A DNA stretch of 63,934 nucleotides, counting the filler, from Aduncisulcus paluster (lineage: Eukaryota), in the NCBI GenBank assembly GCA_024181965.1. It is 7 parts of 7 records of this genome, joined end to end, with 100 filler letters (N's around TTAATTAATTAA, not from the genome) between each part and the next. Parts side by side here need not be neighbours in the genome. Positions count along the whole stretch, not along the records: positions 8,381 to 18,026 come from BQXS01010012.1; positions 18,127 to 30,967 come from BQXS01010013.1; 5 more parts are not named here. The stretch is one strand, 5' to 3'. Shown one piece after another: positions 9,972 to 22,464 of this stretch. Every line of letters begins with the position of its first letter. The first letter of the stretch is position 1. A program made the translations under genes and the position numbers. The notes under the pieces are model-generated. The model was given only the letters and a program-made list of their open reading frames with translations. It searched no databases and had not been told where the DNA came from.

Positions 9972-12900
9972 TCACAATCCCATGTTTGCAGCAAAGAAAG
10001 ATTTTTGATACTTTGACAGACAATCATTGCACATAATATGATGAATTCCCACTTCACAGATATAACTGGAATCGACTTCTTTCTGACATTCTTTACAGAT
10101 CCAATTCAAACACCCAACACATTGAGAGGATGCCTTGTGAATCCCACAAACTTCACATCTCTTTGATTCTTTTGGTTCCTTTTCTGTTAGTGGCTCTCTT
10201 TTCGGAATTTTGAACTGAATATCATATCCAGACTCATCTATTGCAAAAATAATATCTGAATCACTTCTATACTGCCTAATATCAACAATTGAAGACTCAT
10301 GGAGTTGAATTACCTTGATCAATTTCAATTTTCCTCTCCATTGTTCTTTTTGAGATGCATCACCTCGAGGTGTCAAAATCTCTTCAACAGATGTCTTCGT
10401 TGATGATTCTGTGGACAATGGAACAGACAAAGAAGGAGATATACATACATCTTTCTCATGGATATTTTCTTGACCTGGATTCTTTCTCTGGAAAGAGTCG
10501 GACCCAATCTCAATAATATCCCCAATAAAATGAATAGAAAAAAAGCGGATTTCTCCATTATTATACCCAACGACAATAACTCCAGTTTCAAACCAGTCAG
10601 GAGCAGATAAAACACACGCACAAGTTGCCAAGATTGATGAATCATCAATATTTTGCAACAAATCACCTTCCATAACAATTTTCTGTCCCACATCACAAGT
10701 CAGAGAGAACATTTTAAGCTTTGACTGGGAAACAATGATGCAATCAGTGGAGTGGATATCGCATAGAGCAACAGGATTGGTCAAACCAGCTGAAAAAGAT
10801 CCAATAAAAGATATAAATCTTGAAGAATTTAGACCATGAAATCCATTCAATTTGCAAGCTGAAAGATAACCGAATTCGCTTGCAAACCATACAATTCCAC
10901 ATTCAGTTGAAACAATTTTCGTGACAGAACCAAACATCAAAGGTAGAGAAGCATGTATGGAAGACAGAGAAAAAATCTCATCCGAACACGAATCATCATC
11001 TAATTTAACCTCAATAATTCGACGAAGATGGCCAATACAATCGTAATATATATGTTTTGACCGTGATCTCTTTTTAGTGAAATTCAATTGAAATATAGAT
11101 ATGGAACCATCAACAAATCCAACAAATAAGATTGTATTCCCACAGTAAGAAGTAATATGAAGTGAAGTAGCCACAGAAGAAAAAGGAAGATGAAACAATG
11201 AAATGATATTAAACTTTGGATTTGCTTCAAAAGTTTCTGAAGCTGATTTCACACTTTCATACCGATCATGAATAAATGAAACCTCTTTTCCAGAAATAAC
11301 GACAATAACACTATTATTCCATTCACACCAAACATTTTCCCTACTTCTCCATACCTTCTCACGTCTATTTTTATCGATTGGAGCGATCATTCCACAGTTA
11401 TTTTCGAGAATATTTTGTAAGGATTCAGCAGGATACATGACTTTTCTCGGAAGAGAACTTACAGAATCTTCAAGTTGTGAGGGTATTACCCCAAATAAAT
11501 TGGCTTGTCTGGAGGCATCGGATCGAGGTTTCATTGAAGGAATATTCCAGAACATATGTGTATCAATATATCCAACCGGATGGAAAACATTATTTCGACG
11601 AATTGAGTCTATTCCTCGTTGTGCTTTTCCATACATCAATTCAACCCAATGATGAAGGCGTTTGGAGACAGGGGGTGACTCAAGGAGAATCCGCATTAAT
11701 CTGCACATCAAATATGGATTGTTGTGGCTCCAACGAGGCAATATCACATCCCAAACAGTACGTAAAGAATCCCCAGTTCGAAAATCAGTACATGTTCCAA
11801 TATTAAGCAACATCGATGAGTTGGAATATATTGAAGGAGAAGAAACATTGTCAATAACCATTTCCTTCACATCAGCAACATTATCTCTTGAAGCACCATT
11901 CCAAGCAGTAAAAATACTCTTAAATACACGATCTGCCTTATCAAATTGACCACTTTGAAGACAGATATGTTGCTCTAAGAATGGATATGTCCTAAGATTG
12001 TAAAACAATACAATTGCACTATTGGAACAGTGTGAAGAATATAAAAATGGAACATGAGGAATATTGGGCGTTAACACACTGTGAACACTGACAACCGATC
12101 GATCAATCAGCGATTTCATTCGTTTATCACTTAACATTCCCATGGGCATTGACAATGAACGGAAGGGGGTCACACTATCCAAAGAAGTAGGTTTCGGCGT
12201 ATGAAGAGTAGAATTCACGGAAGTTACAGATTTGGATGCAAAAGAAGAATCCGACGAAGGAGAATGGAAAGATGGTAATTCAGAAACTCCTTGCCCATCC
12301 TTTTCATAACTTGACGAATCTTGAAACCGGTGAGCCTGATTGTTAACATACCAATCCTTTCCGATATATATCTTATCATCCCGTGAATTAGGACATGAAC
12401 CATATCCACCCCAGACCCAAGGAATTGAGGGATATTGACTCAGTTCGCACACCCAACGTTGAGCAAGGAAAGAAAGCGAGGTCAAATATGAGAGTGATGA
12501 AATCATTGCTGTCGAATAGAGTAATTCTAAAGGTCGCAACAAGAATTGTATGCATGGATGTGGATTCGAGCGAGGAATACATTGTGAAGACGATATTGAA
12601 GAATCTTGAGAGGATGCCAGTGAGGAACTAGATGAAAGAATTGAATCGGACACATCAGAGCCATGAATATCAGCTTCAATAATTGATTTGGGATTGGAGT
12701 ACGGACTAGTCGGAAGGAGATGAGACGAAAAAATTTGGTTAAATGAGGTTGAAGATTCCTTGAATATCCTTGGCTTTCCATGTTTTGCGTGATTTATACT
12801 CCAATCCGACCACAAACTCAAAAGATCGAGAAAATGCGAATTGAGTGCTTTCACATTGAATTGACTATCTTTTAGTTGCTCACCTGGCGGTAACACAGCA

Positions 12901-15900
12901 AAATGAAGTGCATGTCGATCAAGTTCTACATGAAGAGGGAAAGGAACTGTTAAAATATCATATAAAAGTTGAGAATATGTCATTTTAGATGAAGAAAAGA
13001 AAAGATTTGACTTCGATGAAGTTTGAACGGTCATCTTAACCCCAGTAGAATCTGAAGATGAGGACAAGAAAGGGAATTTTTTCGATCGCTTTCTTCCTCG
13101 ATTCTCTCCTTTCCATCTTTGAGTGGCAAGAACAAAGATATCAGACCAAATACGAACAACAAGTGAAGGTATGAACTTTGAGAAAGAAGAACTAGGTGAT
13201 ATTTGGGAACAATGTGTGAAAAATTCTTCGTTGGTGCCCATATTATCAGTAATTTTCTCAAATATGGGGTGAGATAAATCATGACCTAAAATTTGAAAAG
13301 CTCGACCAATGTAAAGAGTAGCCATACTGACTGTTCCAGGAACGGGAAGGTGGTCTTGTCGACCTGATATCACGGAGATGTATTGGAGAATTGGAGACAC
13401 AATGGTTGGGGAGATAGAAAGCAAAGAAAGCGATGGAAGGGGAGAAAATACTTCTTTCTTTTGAATGATCGAAAGAAAAGAATCTGTATTGTGTCGAATT
13501 GTCATATTCTGGCGACATATAAGACAAAATAACATACATGCTCGTTCGGCCACTCCCTCAGGATAAGACCATGTGTTTGAAGAATTCAATTCATCGATAA
13601 AAACGAATGAATCGCAAACTGATAGTGCAGGATGGGGTGGAATATAATTATTATTATCCTTATCCATGGAAATATTGGTTTCATCTCCAAATCCCATTAA
13701 ATCAAGGTGAACTTCTTGGATATCTTGGCGTTCAACAGAAACTCCAACTCGTCGCAAACCATGAACAGTATTTCGTAGGGATATCAATGCATCATATGGA
13801 TAGAATCTTGGAATACAAGGTGGATCAGGAGGGATGAGGGTCTGTTGATCAGTTTCCCGAGTTGCACGTTCGAGCATGACTCTGTCTTGACACAGATTGA
13901 CGAGAAAGAGATCCTCATATTCTTGATCATATGATAAAACACGTTGAATATCGGATAATTCTGAGTCTTTTGAGGGGATTTGTGGCGAAGGACATAAACA
14001 AAGACTCTCTAATAACTCACCAAGAAAAGAGGATTCTCTATTTTCATTGGAAAGATGTCCATCAAGAGAAAATTCATATTTCTTCTTTTTCCAGTTAGAA
14101 ATATTTTCATCGGAGTTCGAGTTGACTTCAAAATCTTTTCCGGTTCTTTTTTCGATCGCCACTCCAGGAAGGATCCAAAATCCAACATCCGACATGACAC
14201 AAACACAAATCATTGGGCTCAAAAGATCAGTGCTAAGTGCCATTTCGCATACGAGAAGAGGTTTAACTGAGAATAAAGACAATAAGGGGATGGATTTATA
14301 CCGTTTTACACGTGGAAACAAAACATGTTTTGACAATTCCGAGGTTTGACTTGAGGAATCTTTGTATTGGACAAGTTGGTGGCTTGCATTCGGGAATAAA
14401 GAACAACTCCATGCATTAAAACAAGGATATAAATAACAAAAAGATGACATACAATTATCACCCGCTTCAAAATCGGAGTCAAACTTTAGGATGGTATTTG
14501 TTCTCTCGTAAACTCCAACATTCATGTTAAATGCTCTTGAAAGTTCTTCAATATCAATTTCAATGAGAGATGAAAATGAATCCGAGTCCAATTCATATGA
14601 TTGATCTACGATCGGCAATATGTTTTCATTTTCTTCTTCTCCTCTTCTTCTTCTTCGACGAATCCATGAATATAATAATGCAAAATAGGAAGATGCCTGT
14701 TTTTCTGCTTTTGGGCATTTTGTTCCCGATTTAATCCATTCACTGCCAAAATTCTTAACAAACATGCCAGACTTTGGAATATTAAGAGATGAAATCGATG
14801 AAAGTGATAGAAAAGAGGATAAATGAAGAGACAAAGAGAGTCTAGAATCAGAAATAGGTGCTTTGGAATCAGTTGTTCGCTTTGTCAGAGTAGATATTAT
14901 TGAACTTTCACCATTACTTTTTGAAATGAGACTTTGATAATATCCTTCTGTAAACATTGGCACCAATATATTTCTTTGTAAAAAACCCTGTGAGGATGAT
15001 AAACATGCAGGACTAAGAGAATAGAGATTCGGATGAAGAGATGATGAAAGAATAGCAGAGGATTTGGATAAAAATAGATTAGATGAGAAGAATCTCTATA
15101 GATGTTGAGAATACAAAGAATGTGATGAGATTTGAGGATGTTTTGTCATCTTAATAATTATGGGAATAGCTGAAATGGGAGGAATTGTTGAAGATATTAT
15201 TGTTTGTAAATCACTTAAAGGCTTTGCTTCATCTTCGCCCATTCGAATAACATTAATTTTTGATTCAAGATCAGAACAANNNNNNNNNNNNNNNNNNNNT
15301 ATCCTTCTGTAAACATTGGCACCAATATATTTCTTTGTAAAAAACCCTGTGAGGATGATAAACATGCAGGACTAAGAGAATAGAGATTCGGATGAAGAGA
15401 TGATGAAAGAATAGCAGAGGATTTGGATAAAAATAGATTAGATGAGAAGAATCTCTCTAGATGTTGAGAATACAAAGAATGTGATGAGATTTGAGGATGT
15501 TTTGTCATCTTAATAATTATGGGAATAGCTGAAATGGGAGGAATTGTTGAAGATATTATTGTTTGTAAATCACTTAAAGGCTTTGCTTCATCTTCGCCCA
15601 TTCGAATAACATTAATTTTTGATTCAAGATCAGAACAAAGCATTGCAAGACATTTTGCATTCAAATGCATACGATTCACCACTGTACATAAAGAAAGATA
15701 GGAGTTTGACAATGATAGAGCAAAAAATGATGGAGAATCATCATCGAGACAGACATCTCCTTCCTTTGGTTCCTTCTCACTTTGACTGATCGTTTCTCCT
15801 TCTTTCTCTCGACGTGTTCCACTTGGAATGTCAGTTTTAAATGAATATTTCCATTCAACTTCAAGCCAATCCTTCATTTCCAGGTCAGAATTGTCAAGAA

Positions 15901-18026
15901 TTCTAGATAGGGTGTCAGAATTTGCAGAAATAGTTGAAGGAGGTAGAGGATATATTGGGGTTGAAGCAGATTTTGGAGAGAGAAAATTCAAACAACACTG
16001 ACCACAACAATTATCAACAAATTGTTTCACAAGATCGAGTTCAGATATTTCATATTGATCAAAAGACTTTTGTGAAATTGGAGAATTAAACAAGGAAGGA
16101 ACCTGAGAAACAATTACCATGACAAGAGACATTGCAACAGAAGAAGACTGAATTTTTGATGAGGGATGAATTCTATCGATGCACATCGGAAGAAGGAAAT
16201 ATAACAAAGCGGAGATGAATATCCGATCAATACAAACGGAAGAGAAAGGATCGAAAAAGGGCATTGAAGACACACTTGAATATTTGTGTTTCTTTTGTTC
16301 AATATCTCGTTTCTTTTTTGAGGGATCTCTAAAAATAGACAATTGAGTTGTTGCTGGACCACAGAGCCATAAAGTGATGTTTTCAATAAGAGATTCAAAC
16401 ACATCATTCTCCGAGAGTGAAAAAGATTCCTCCAATAAAGCAATTTCTAATTCCTTTTCAATCACAATCCTCTCTCTTCTCCGTTGAATCCACATAAGAA
16501 CCCAAATACAACAAGAAACATAGACTTCTCTGACGATTATGGAAATATCGCAGCAACACAGTATCTCGGAAAGAACAGAGGTTTGGATATCCTTCGAGCC
16601 ACCTGTAACTCCGATAAATGAAGCCTTGAGAAGGGCACGAAGTGATCTAAGAAATCCAGAAATGAATAAGAAAGTCGAGGAAATTGCCCTTGGAACAGTT
16701 GAGGAAAGAAGGGAGAAAAGAGTCGACAATGGACAAAATTTATCAGCCTTCTTCTTTTGAATCTCTTTTTTCCACTCAGCTTCTTCAATAGTGCATAACC
16801 AAACACAAATATCAAGGAACCATTGACACATTTTAGCGATTGTGGCAACCGAAGTATCGAGGATTTTGCTTCTATCTTTCCATTCTTTCTCCTCGATCAT
16901 TGCTTCCTTGCGTTTCGATCTTAAAAATATGGAGGAAAACAAGCTCGATTCCTTCTCCTTTCCCTCGCCCATCGCTTGGCTTGAGTTCACATCTGGGTGG
17001 AAAATATTGTTTATGTAATCAAATAAGAACCATTTCGTTGTCATATCAATATTCTGATACATAGAAGTCCTAGCACATTGAGACGAGATTCTAAATTTTT
17101 CTCTCAACTCATTTTCATTACTTCCATTCTTTCCTTTGAGAATTTTGAGCAAAGTTTTACGTCGACAGCTGGAAGAGTTCAATTTCTTCAATTTCGTGAG
17201 AGATATTGATATTGCTTCTTCAAATTCACCAATTAAGAAATGACAATTCTGAAATTTAGTTACAAACTTCTGTTGGAGCAAGCGATTGCAACAAGGAGAA
17301 ATTGATGAAGCAAATAAGCAAATGGATGAGATAGAAAGCAAAATAGAGGTCATTTCAGAATCTTGATCGAGAGAATAATCGTCAATGTTCCAAAGTTCAC
17401 GCTGAATTAATATTAGATTTGCAAATAAAAGTGACGAATTCGAGAGAGAAGAGGGAAGGAGAGATATCAATGAAGGCGAAGAAGAAATAGGTTTGGAATT
17501 TGTTGTTCTTTCAAAAGTTGGCACCATATTTGAGGAAGAAATCGACGATGTGGCAATTATTTCAGGTTCAATCTCATTCTTTTTCTTCTCCCGCTCTTTT
17601 TCTCTCTGAACCCACTGATCAAATATTTGAGACATCAGAACTCCATATTGAGAAACTGATTTTGAAAATATATTCATGTATTCATCAGATATGGCTTCAA
17701 TTCCAAGTTGGATTATTGAATTCGATGAAGATATCGCAATGAGATGAGAATTCAATGCATGCATCCAATTATCTATTTTTAAATCTTCAGATATCAGAAT
17801 TCGTCCAAGATAATAGAAAACGAAGCAATTTCGCATGAAAACACTTGTTGAGAAGTATGAAAAGGGGGAGTATGAAATCAAAGGAAGGGAAGAAGAACAA
17901 GAAAAGAGTAAAGAAGCCAAGGGAAAGGAAGAATGCACAAGAGAAGTTGAGGAGATATATTCTTCGGATCCAGTCGAAACAGAAAGAGTACTTGTAGATG
18001 ATTCAGAGGACAAAGGCGAAGAGCAT
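9972..18026 (-). CDS. Large BEACH-WD40 protein with C-terminal FYVE-like Zn finger (WDFY3/Lvs/Bph1-like); 5'-partial, >=~2,560 aa after collapsing the gap duplication
   Basis: BEACH: ISSLSYLTSLSFLAQRWVCELSQYPSIPWV, FLYSSHCSNSAIV, LQSGQFDKADRVFKSI, DVKEM, DVILPRWS, LESPPVSKRLHHWVELMYG, NVFHP. C-terminal Cys pairs CEVC, CVGC, CKEC, CNDC. ORFs 15215..18013 and 9972..14966 join through the duplicated 14941-15279/15300-15638 segment. Confidence 0.85.
14941..15638. repeat. Assembly duplication (339 bp) across the 20-N gap at 15280-15299
   Basis: Both flanks begin TATCCTTCTGTAAACATTGG. One mismatch near 15098 makes TAG in the left copy versus GAG in the right copy (minus strand). Confidence 0.9.
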
Positions 18027-18126
18027 NNNNNNNNNNNNNNNNNNNNNNNNNNNNNNNNNNNNNNNNNNNNTTAATTAATTAANNNNNNNNNNNNNNNNNN
18101 NNNNNNNNNNNNNNNNNNNNNNNNNN
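18027..18126. other. Artificial contig linker
   Basis: N44-TTAATTAATTAA-N44. Confidence 0.99.
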
Positions 18127-18963
18127 GAGGTTATCGATGAAGTCTAGGTTATAAAGTATCGTTCCAAGAGTAAGCTCTGTTACAGTGGATGGGATTGAAC
18201 TCAGATCACGGGGATTAAGAGACAAGTACAAAGTAATATCTTCATCTATATCCATATCTAAGTCATCAATTAAATGCTCCATCACATTCAACGACGTCAC
18301 CGTCGCTGGCACAGGAGACAAATCATACACGCTCGTGCCACTCAGATCCAACGTCGTCAGCGCGGGGAGGGCTGACCCATCGGACAGGGCAAGACTCGAA
18401 AAGAACCCGGGGAACGTGACGTTCGTGCGCCCAGAGATGGAAAGCGTGGTCAGGGACGATGGGAACATGCCTTGCACAGTCACATCATAGTGATTGTCAG
18501 AGTCGAACAGAGGACTCAGGGACGACAGCTGAGTCGCCCAGTAGTCGCCAGAAGAAACGACTCCAACAGTCAAGTACAATGCACGCAGAGACGTCAGACG
18601 CGAGAAATCAGTGTTCGGCGCAATGTCAATGTTATTCAGCGTAAGCGTCTCCAGGCTCGTGGGAAGATCCTCGATGTCACTGGTGCTCAGTTGTTTGGAT
18701 ACAGAGTCCGTGTTGCTCACATACAGCGTCGTAAGGTTCGTCGCAGCACTCAGGCCTGCGAAGGAGTCAACGAAGTACGTGTTCAACGAGGTCAGGTGTT
18801 GGAGGTCATCTACAGTCAAGTCATCACAATAGGCTGTATGATCAAGGGCAAGGCAGATGTCGTTCCGAAGGTTGGCATCAACAACGTCATCAGTTGTGGT
18901 TAATGATGCACAAAATGGCATGACAAAAGCAATTACAAGCAGAAAAAAAAGAATTTGCTGCAT
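18127..18963 (-). CDS. Secreted/surface leucine-rich-repeat protein (3'-partial)
   Basis: Signal-peptide-like MQQILFFLLVIAFVMPFCAS; N-cap DANLRNDICLAL; LRRs LQHLTSLN, LETLTLNNIDI, LTSLRALYL, LTTLDLSGTSVYDLSPVP. Runs into the linker. Confidence 0.8.
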
Positions 18964-20683
18964 CCAGGCGAAGGATCCAAGGATGTTATGAATTCTTCCA
19001 GGAAATTTCATTTTAATTACAAATTGGCGGGTATGCCGAAAATTAATCATAAATTTCTCGATTGGCACTTTGTAGGTCGGAAAAATCGTCAAATCGGAGA
19101 GGATATTCTTCACCTCATGAATAATTCATCGTGAATCATTCACTCCATGATCATCATCAGCATGATACTCGTGTCGTATGTCCCCATCAATAGAACAGCA
19201 ATGCTCCCATTCTTTTGGTTATTATACTTCATTTCTGTTGTCATCCCGATGATCGGGACCCGATCGATTCGATAAATTATCGATAATGTTTTGAGTCCAA
19301 CCCTATACACAGAAATAAACTCAAGAATAAGGATATATTTCCTAGTATTTGCTGGAAACTGCAAAGAATATTTCGGGGATATGAATAGTTAACGATTTGT
19401 CATCAATCGCCTTTCTTGTCATCAATCACGGGTTATCTCGTTTTCATTGTTCATGTGATCATGATATCTTTGACCTTTTGGCGGAGTATTTCATGCTTAA
19501 TGGGATCAACTATAGTCTAAACAAAAGTTATTGATTTGAAAACATATCCTGAATGAGTTGGTGCATCTCTCAATGTTTTATGCCTGAGTAATGGTGGGTA
19601 TATTTAACTATATTTCATTGATATGATCAAATTGTATAAAATGATGATGAATCAACAACCTTTGTCTTGCTCTAGTGTTGAATACACTTGGGACGGAACA
19701 GGATACGCGGTCGAATTTGTCCCAACCCCCGACCTGATACCGAACAAGAACCCACAAACACAGAACCTACAATGTGAAAACCCTGGGACTCAGCAGGATA
19801 AAGTAGGAGATGCCAGTAGTCGAGAGGCAAAGTCAGAGGCGGTGAGTGAAGAACACAGGCATGAGACCGCCATAAGGGGAGAGGAAAGAGAAGAAGAAGA
19901 CCCTGGTGAGGCATTAGAAAGTGAAATGATGAAGTTTTCTTAATACAACAGTTGTGTGACGCCGCACAAACCTGATGAAAGGAGTACAGCCTCGGAAGCT
20001 GTTACAGGGGACCGAGAGAGGTCGAAGACTGAGAAGGAAGCGGAGGAAGAGGAGGTCTCAGTCGGTGCTGATCCTAAGAGGGAAAAAAAAATGAGAGAAA
20101 AGGAGAACCTGCAGCCCCAAAAAATCAGAATAAGCTGTTGGACGAATCCAATCTCCTACATCAACTGGGTGAAGACTCGGATGAGGACACAGACAGTTCG
20201 AGTCGTGCATGGAGTCAGGTGTTGTGGATATTTTAGAAGAGAAGGAGGATGAAGGAGTTCTCGCAAATAGAGTTTCTTCCAATACCAATGAATGGTGAAC
20301 CTAATCATTCAACCCAGGGGGAAGAAGAACAACAACCTTCCGGGGGGTAGCTCCTCAGCCAGAACCTTGAACCGAATCTCTTGCTCAATTCAAAAAATAA
20401 ATTAATAACCAAATAAAAATTAACATAAAGAGATGGTTTTAATAAGGAATTTTACCCTTATATAACATGTAACTTACAAATAATTTCCATAAAATCAAGT
20501 GAATTATCTTCACAATAGAAAGAAATTGAATAAATTTATTTGACTTTTTAAATTCGTCATTAATTTTTATGGAAATCAGTGGTGTATTTTGACAGTTCCA
20601 TATTGATGTTTTCTTTTTCTGATTCGGATTTTCGATTCACCTTTTTGCAACACAATACACCGACCAGAAAAAACAATTGTCCA

Positions 20684-21787
20684 ATGAATATTAGAGTTCA
20701 GTTTGCGACCCCTAATCGTATTAGATGTTACGCATTTTTAGTAGGTGGTGATGTGACTAAACAAACTCCTTCTCGAGAACTCCCTCAATTTAGTGACAAG
20801 GGAGTTCTTATGTTCTATTATGATGCCATAAATCAAGCATGTCTTCGAATCGTCGCCAATCCCCATGGTGGTGCTTATCAACCCGCCATTTATGATGTTG
20901 GCCATCCAACCCGTGTATTTTTCCTAGAAATGGGAAAATTAGTTGTTTATCCTAAAAGTAACCCTAATCCTTTAATGTTTCACTTTGCTTCATCCAAAGA
21001 ATTCGACGTGAGAGTGAAGAACTTCTTCGGTCCTATATTTATTAAACCTAAAAAACGGCCGGTGCCTACCCCTGGCCCCATTATTGGTCCTACCCCAAAG
21101 CGTGATGACCCTACACCCGTGGACCCTACTCGTCCAACTCCAAAACAACGTAAGAAGAATCCTTTCCCTCAATTCAGATATGACTCTCCCGATCAGATTC
21201 CTCTGACTAAATTACACCTTTACGCGACATTACAAGAGCCAGACTCATCAGATTCCGGTAAAACTGGATCTGCTGAGAAGAGATTGTCAGATTTGGCCAC
21301 GACCAAGGTGCCCCCAGAGATCGAGGTGACACCCGCTAGTTCTCTCCTTAAACAAATGATGATATGTCCCCTGAAAAAGGCAGGAATGTCCAACGAAGAT
21401 GTATATACTAACACGATTAAATCTATGGGTGCTGAAAGTTTAAAATCTGTAAGTGCTGTTGAATCTCGTGCCAAGAGTGATCCCTTGGCTAAGAAATATG
21501 GTATTATTATGGAGGCCTTGAAGACAGACTTTGAAGGGCCTCAATTTAAAAAGCCTGAGGAAAAGAAGAGGGCCCGTGACTCTGTGTCTAATCTGATGGA
21601 CAGTGGAGTCAGTGCTCAAGTTGCTGTGAGTGCCCTGAGAAGCACATTTTGGAATGTCAGAAGAGCTCATCAGGTGATTCAAGCCCAAAGAAGGAGTGGA
21701 GCTACCATGGGTTATGGAAGCGGTGGTTACAGTACAGGCGGATATGGAGTTGGTGGATATGGAGCTGGAGGTTTCACTGGATTCTAA
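20684..21787 (+). CDS. Hypothetical adaptor: globular (possibly PH-like) N-terminus, Pro-rich linker, C-terminal UBA-like domain, Gly/Tyr tail
   Basis: SVSNLMDSGVSAQVAVSALRSTFWNVRRAHQVI fits the UBA pattern (L..MG.....A..AL.....NV..A); tail GYGSGGYSTGGYGVGGYG. The PH-like call is inference only. Confidence 0.6.
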   Translation: MNIRVQFATPNRIRCYAFLVGGDVTKQTPSRELPQFSDKGVLMFYYDAINQACLRIVANPHGGAYQPAIYDVGHPTRVFFLEMGKLVVYPKSNPNPLMFHFASSKEFDVRVKNFFGPIFIKPKKRPVPTPGPIIGPTPKRDDPTPVDPTRPTPKQRKKNPFPQFRYDSPDQIPLTKLHLYATLQEPDSSDSGKTGSAEKRLSDLATTKVPPEIEVTPASSLLKQMMICPLKKAGMSNEDVYTNTIKSMGAESLKSVSAVESRAKSDPLAKKYGIIMEALKTDFEGPQFKKPEEKKRARDSVSNLMDSGVSAQVAVSALRSTFWNVRRAHQVIQAQRRSGATMGYGSGGYSTGGYGVGGYGAGGFTGF

Positions 21788-21868
21788 GAAAACACAAGGA
21801 AAAAAACATAAGTGTTGAATGGTTTTATGATTGTATCAATCCATTATTTAATCAATTATGAAAAGATC

Positions 21869-22398
21869 AATAAAAAAGCTCGAATTTTCAACTTGAAGTT
21901 TTCTAAATGGAAATGACGGGCTTGAGTCGGGATCGATTCTTATTTTTTGTTTATTTCCCCCTATATAAATAATATAACCAATATTTGAAATAAAAATAGA
22001 ATCTGAGAAATCCTATCAAAAAAAAGAACTAAAAAAAATCCTGTCAGGAATGATTTTGTAAATATTATACATTTTTATTAATGGATTTTTTTAATAAAAA
22101 TGAGAAATAAACAAAAATAAATCNNNNNNNNNNNNNNNNNNNNAATAAAAAAGCTCGAATTTTCAACTTGAAGTTTTCTAAATGGAAATGACGGGCTTGA
22201 GTCGGGATCGATTCTTATTTTTTGTTTATTTCCCCCTATATAAATAATATAACCAATATTTGAAATAAAAATAGAATCTGAGAAATCCTATCAAAAAAAA
22301 GAACTAAAAAAAATCCTGTCAGGAATGATTTTGTAAATATTATACATTTTTATTAATGGATTTTTTTAATAAAAATGAGAAATAAACAAAAATAAATC
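21869..22398. repeat. Assembly duplication (255 bp) across the 20-N gap at 22124-22143
   Basis: 21869-22123 repeated from 22144. Confidence 0.9.
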
Positions 22399-22464
22399 TT
22401 CTAAATGTTGTATATTTCTTCCTAACTTAACAGGAATTTGATTTGGCGTTTTTGATCCAAAACC

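Noticed and set aside
22421-22433. CCTAACTTAACAG branch/acceptor adding a coding exon to the helicase
   Set aside because: An in-frame TGA (22453-22455) lies between it and the ATG, and no convincing donor was found; at most a UTR intron.
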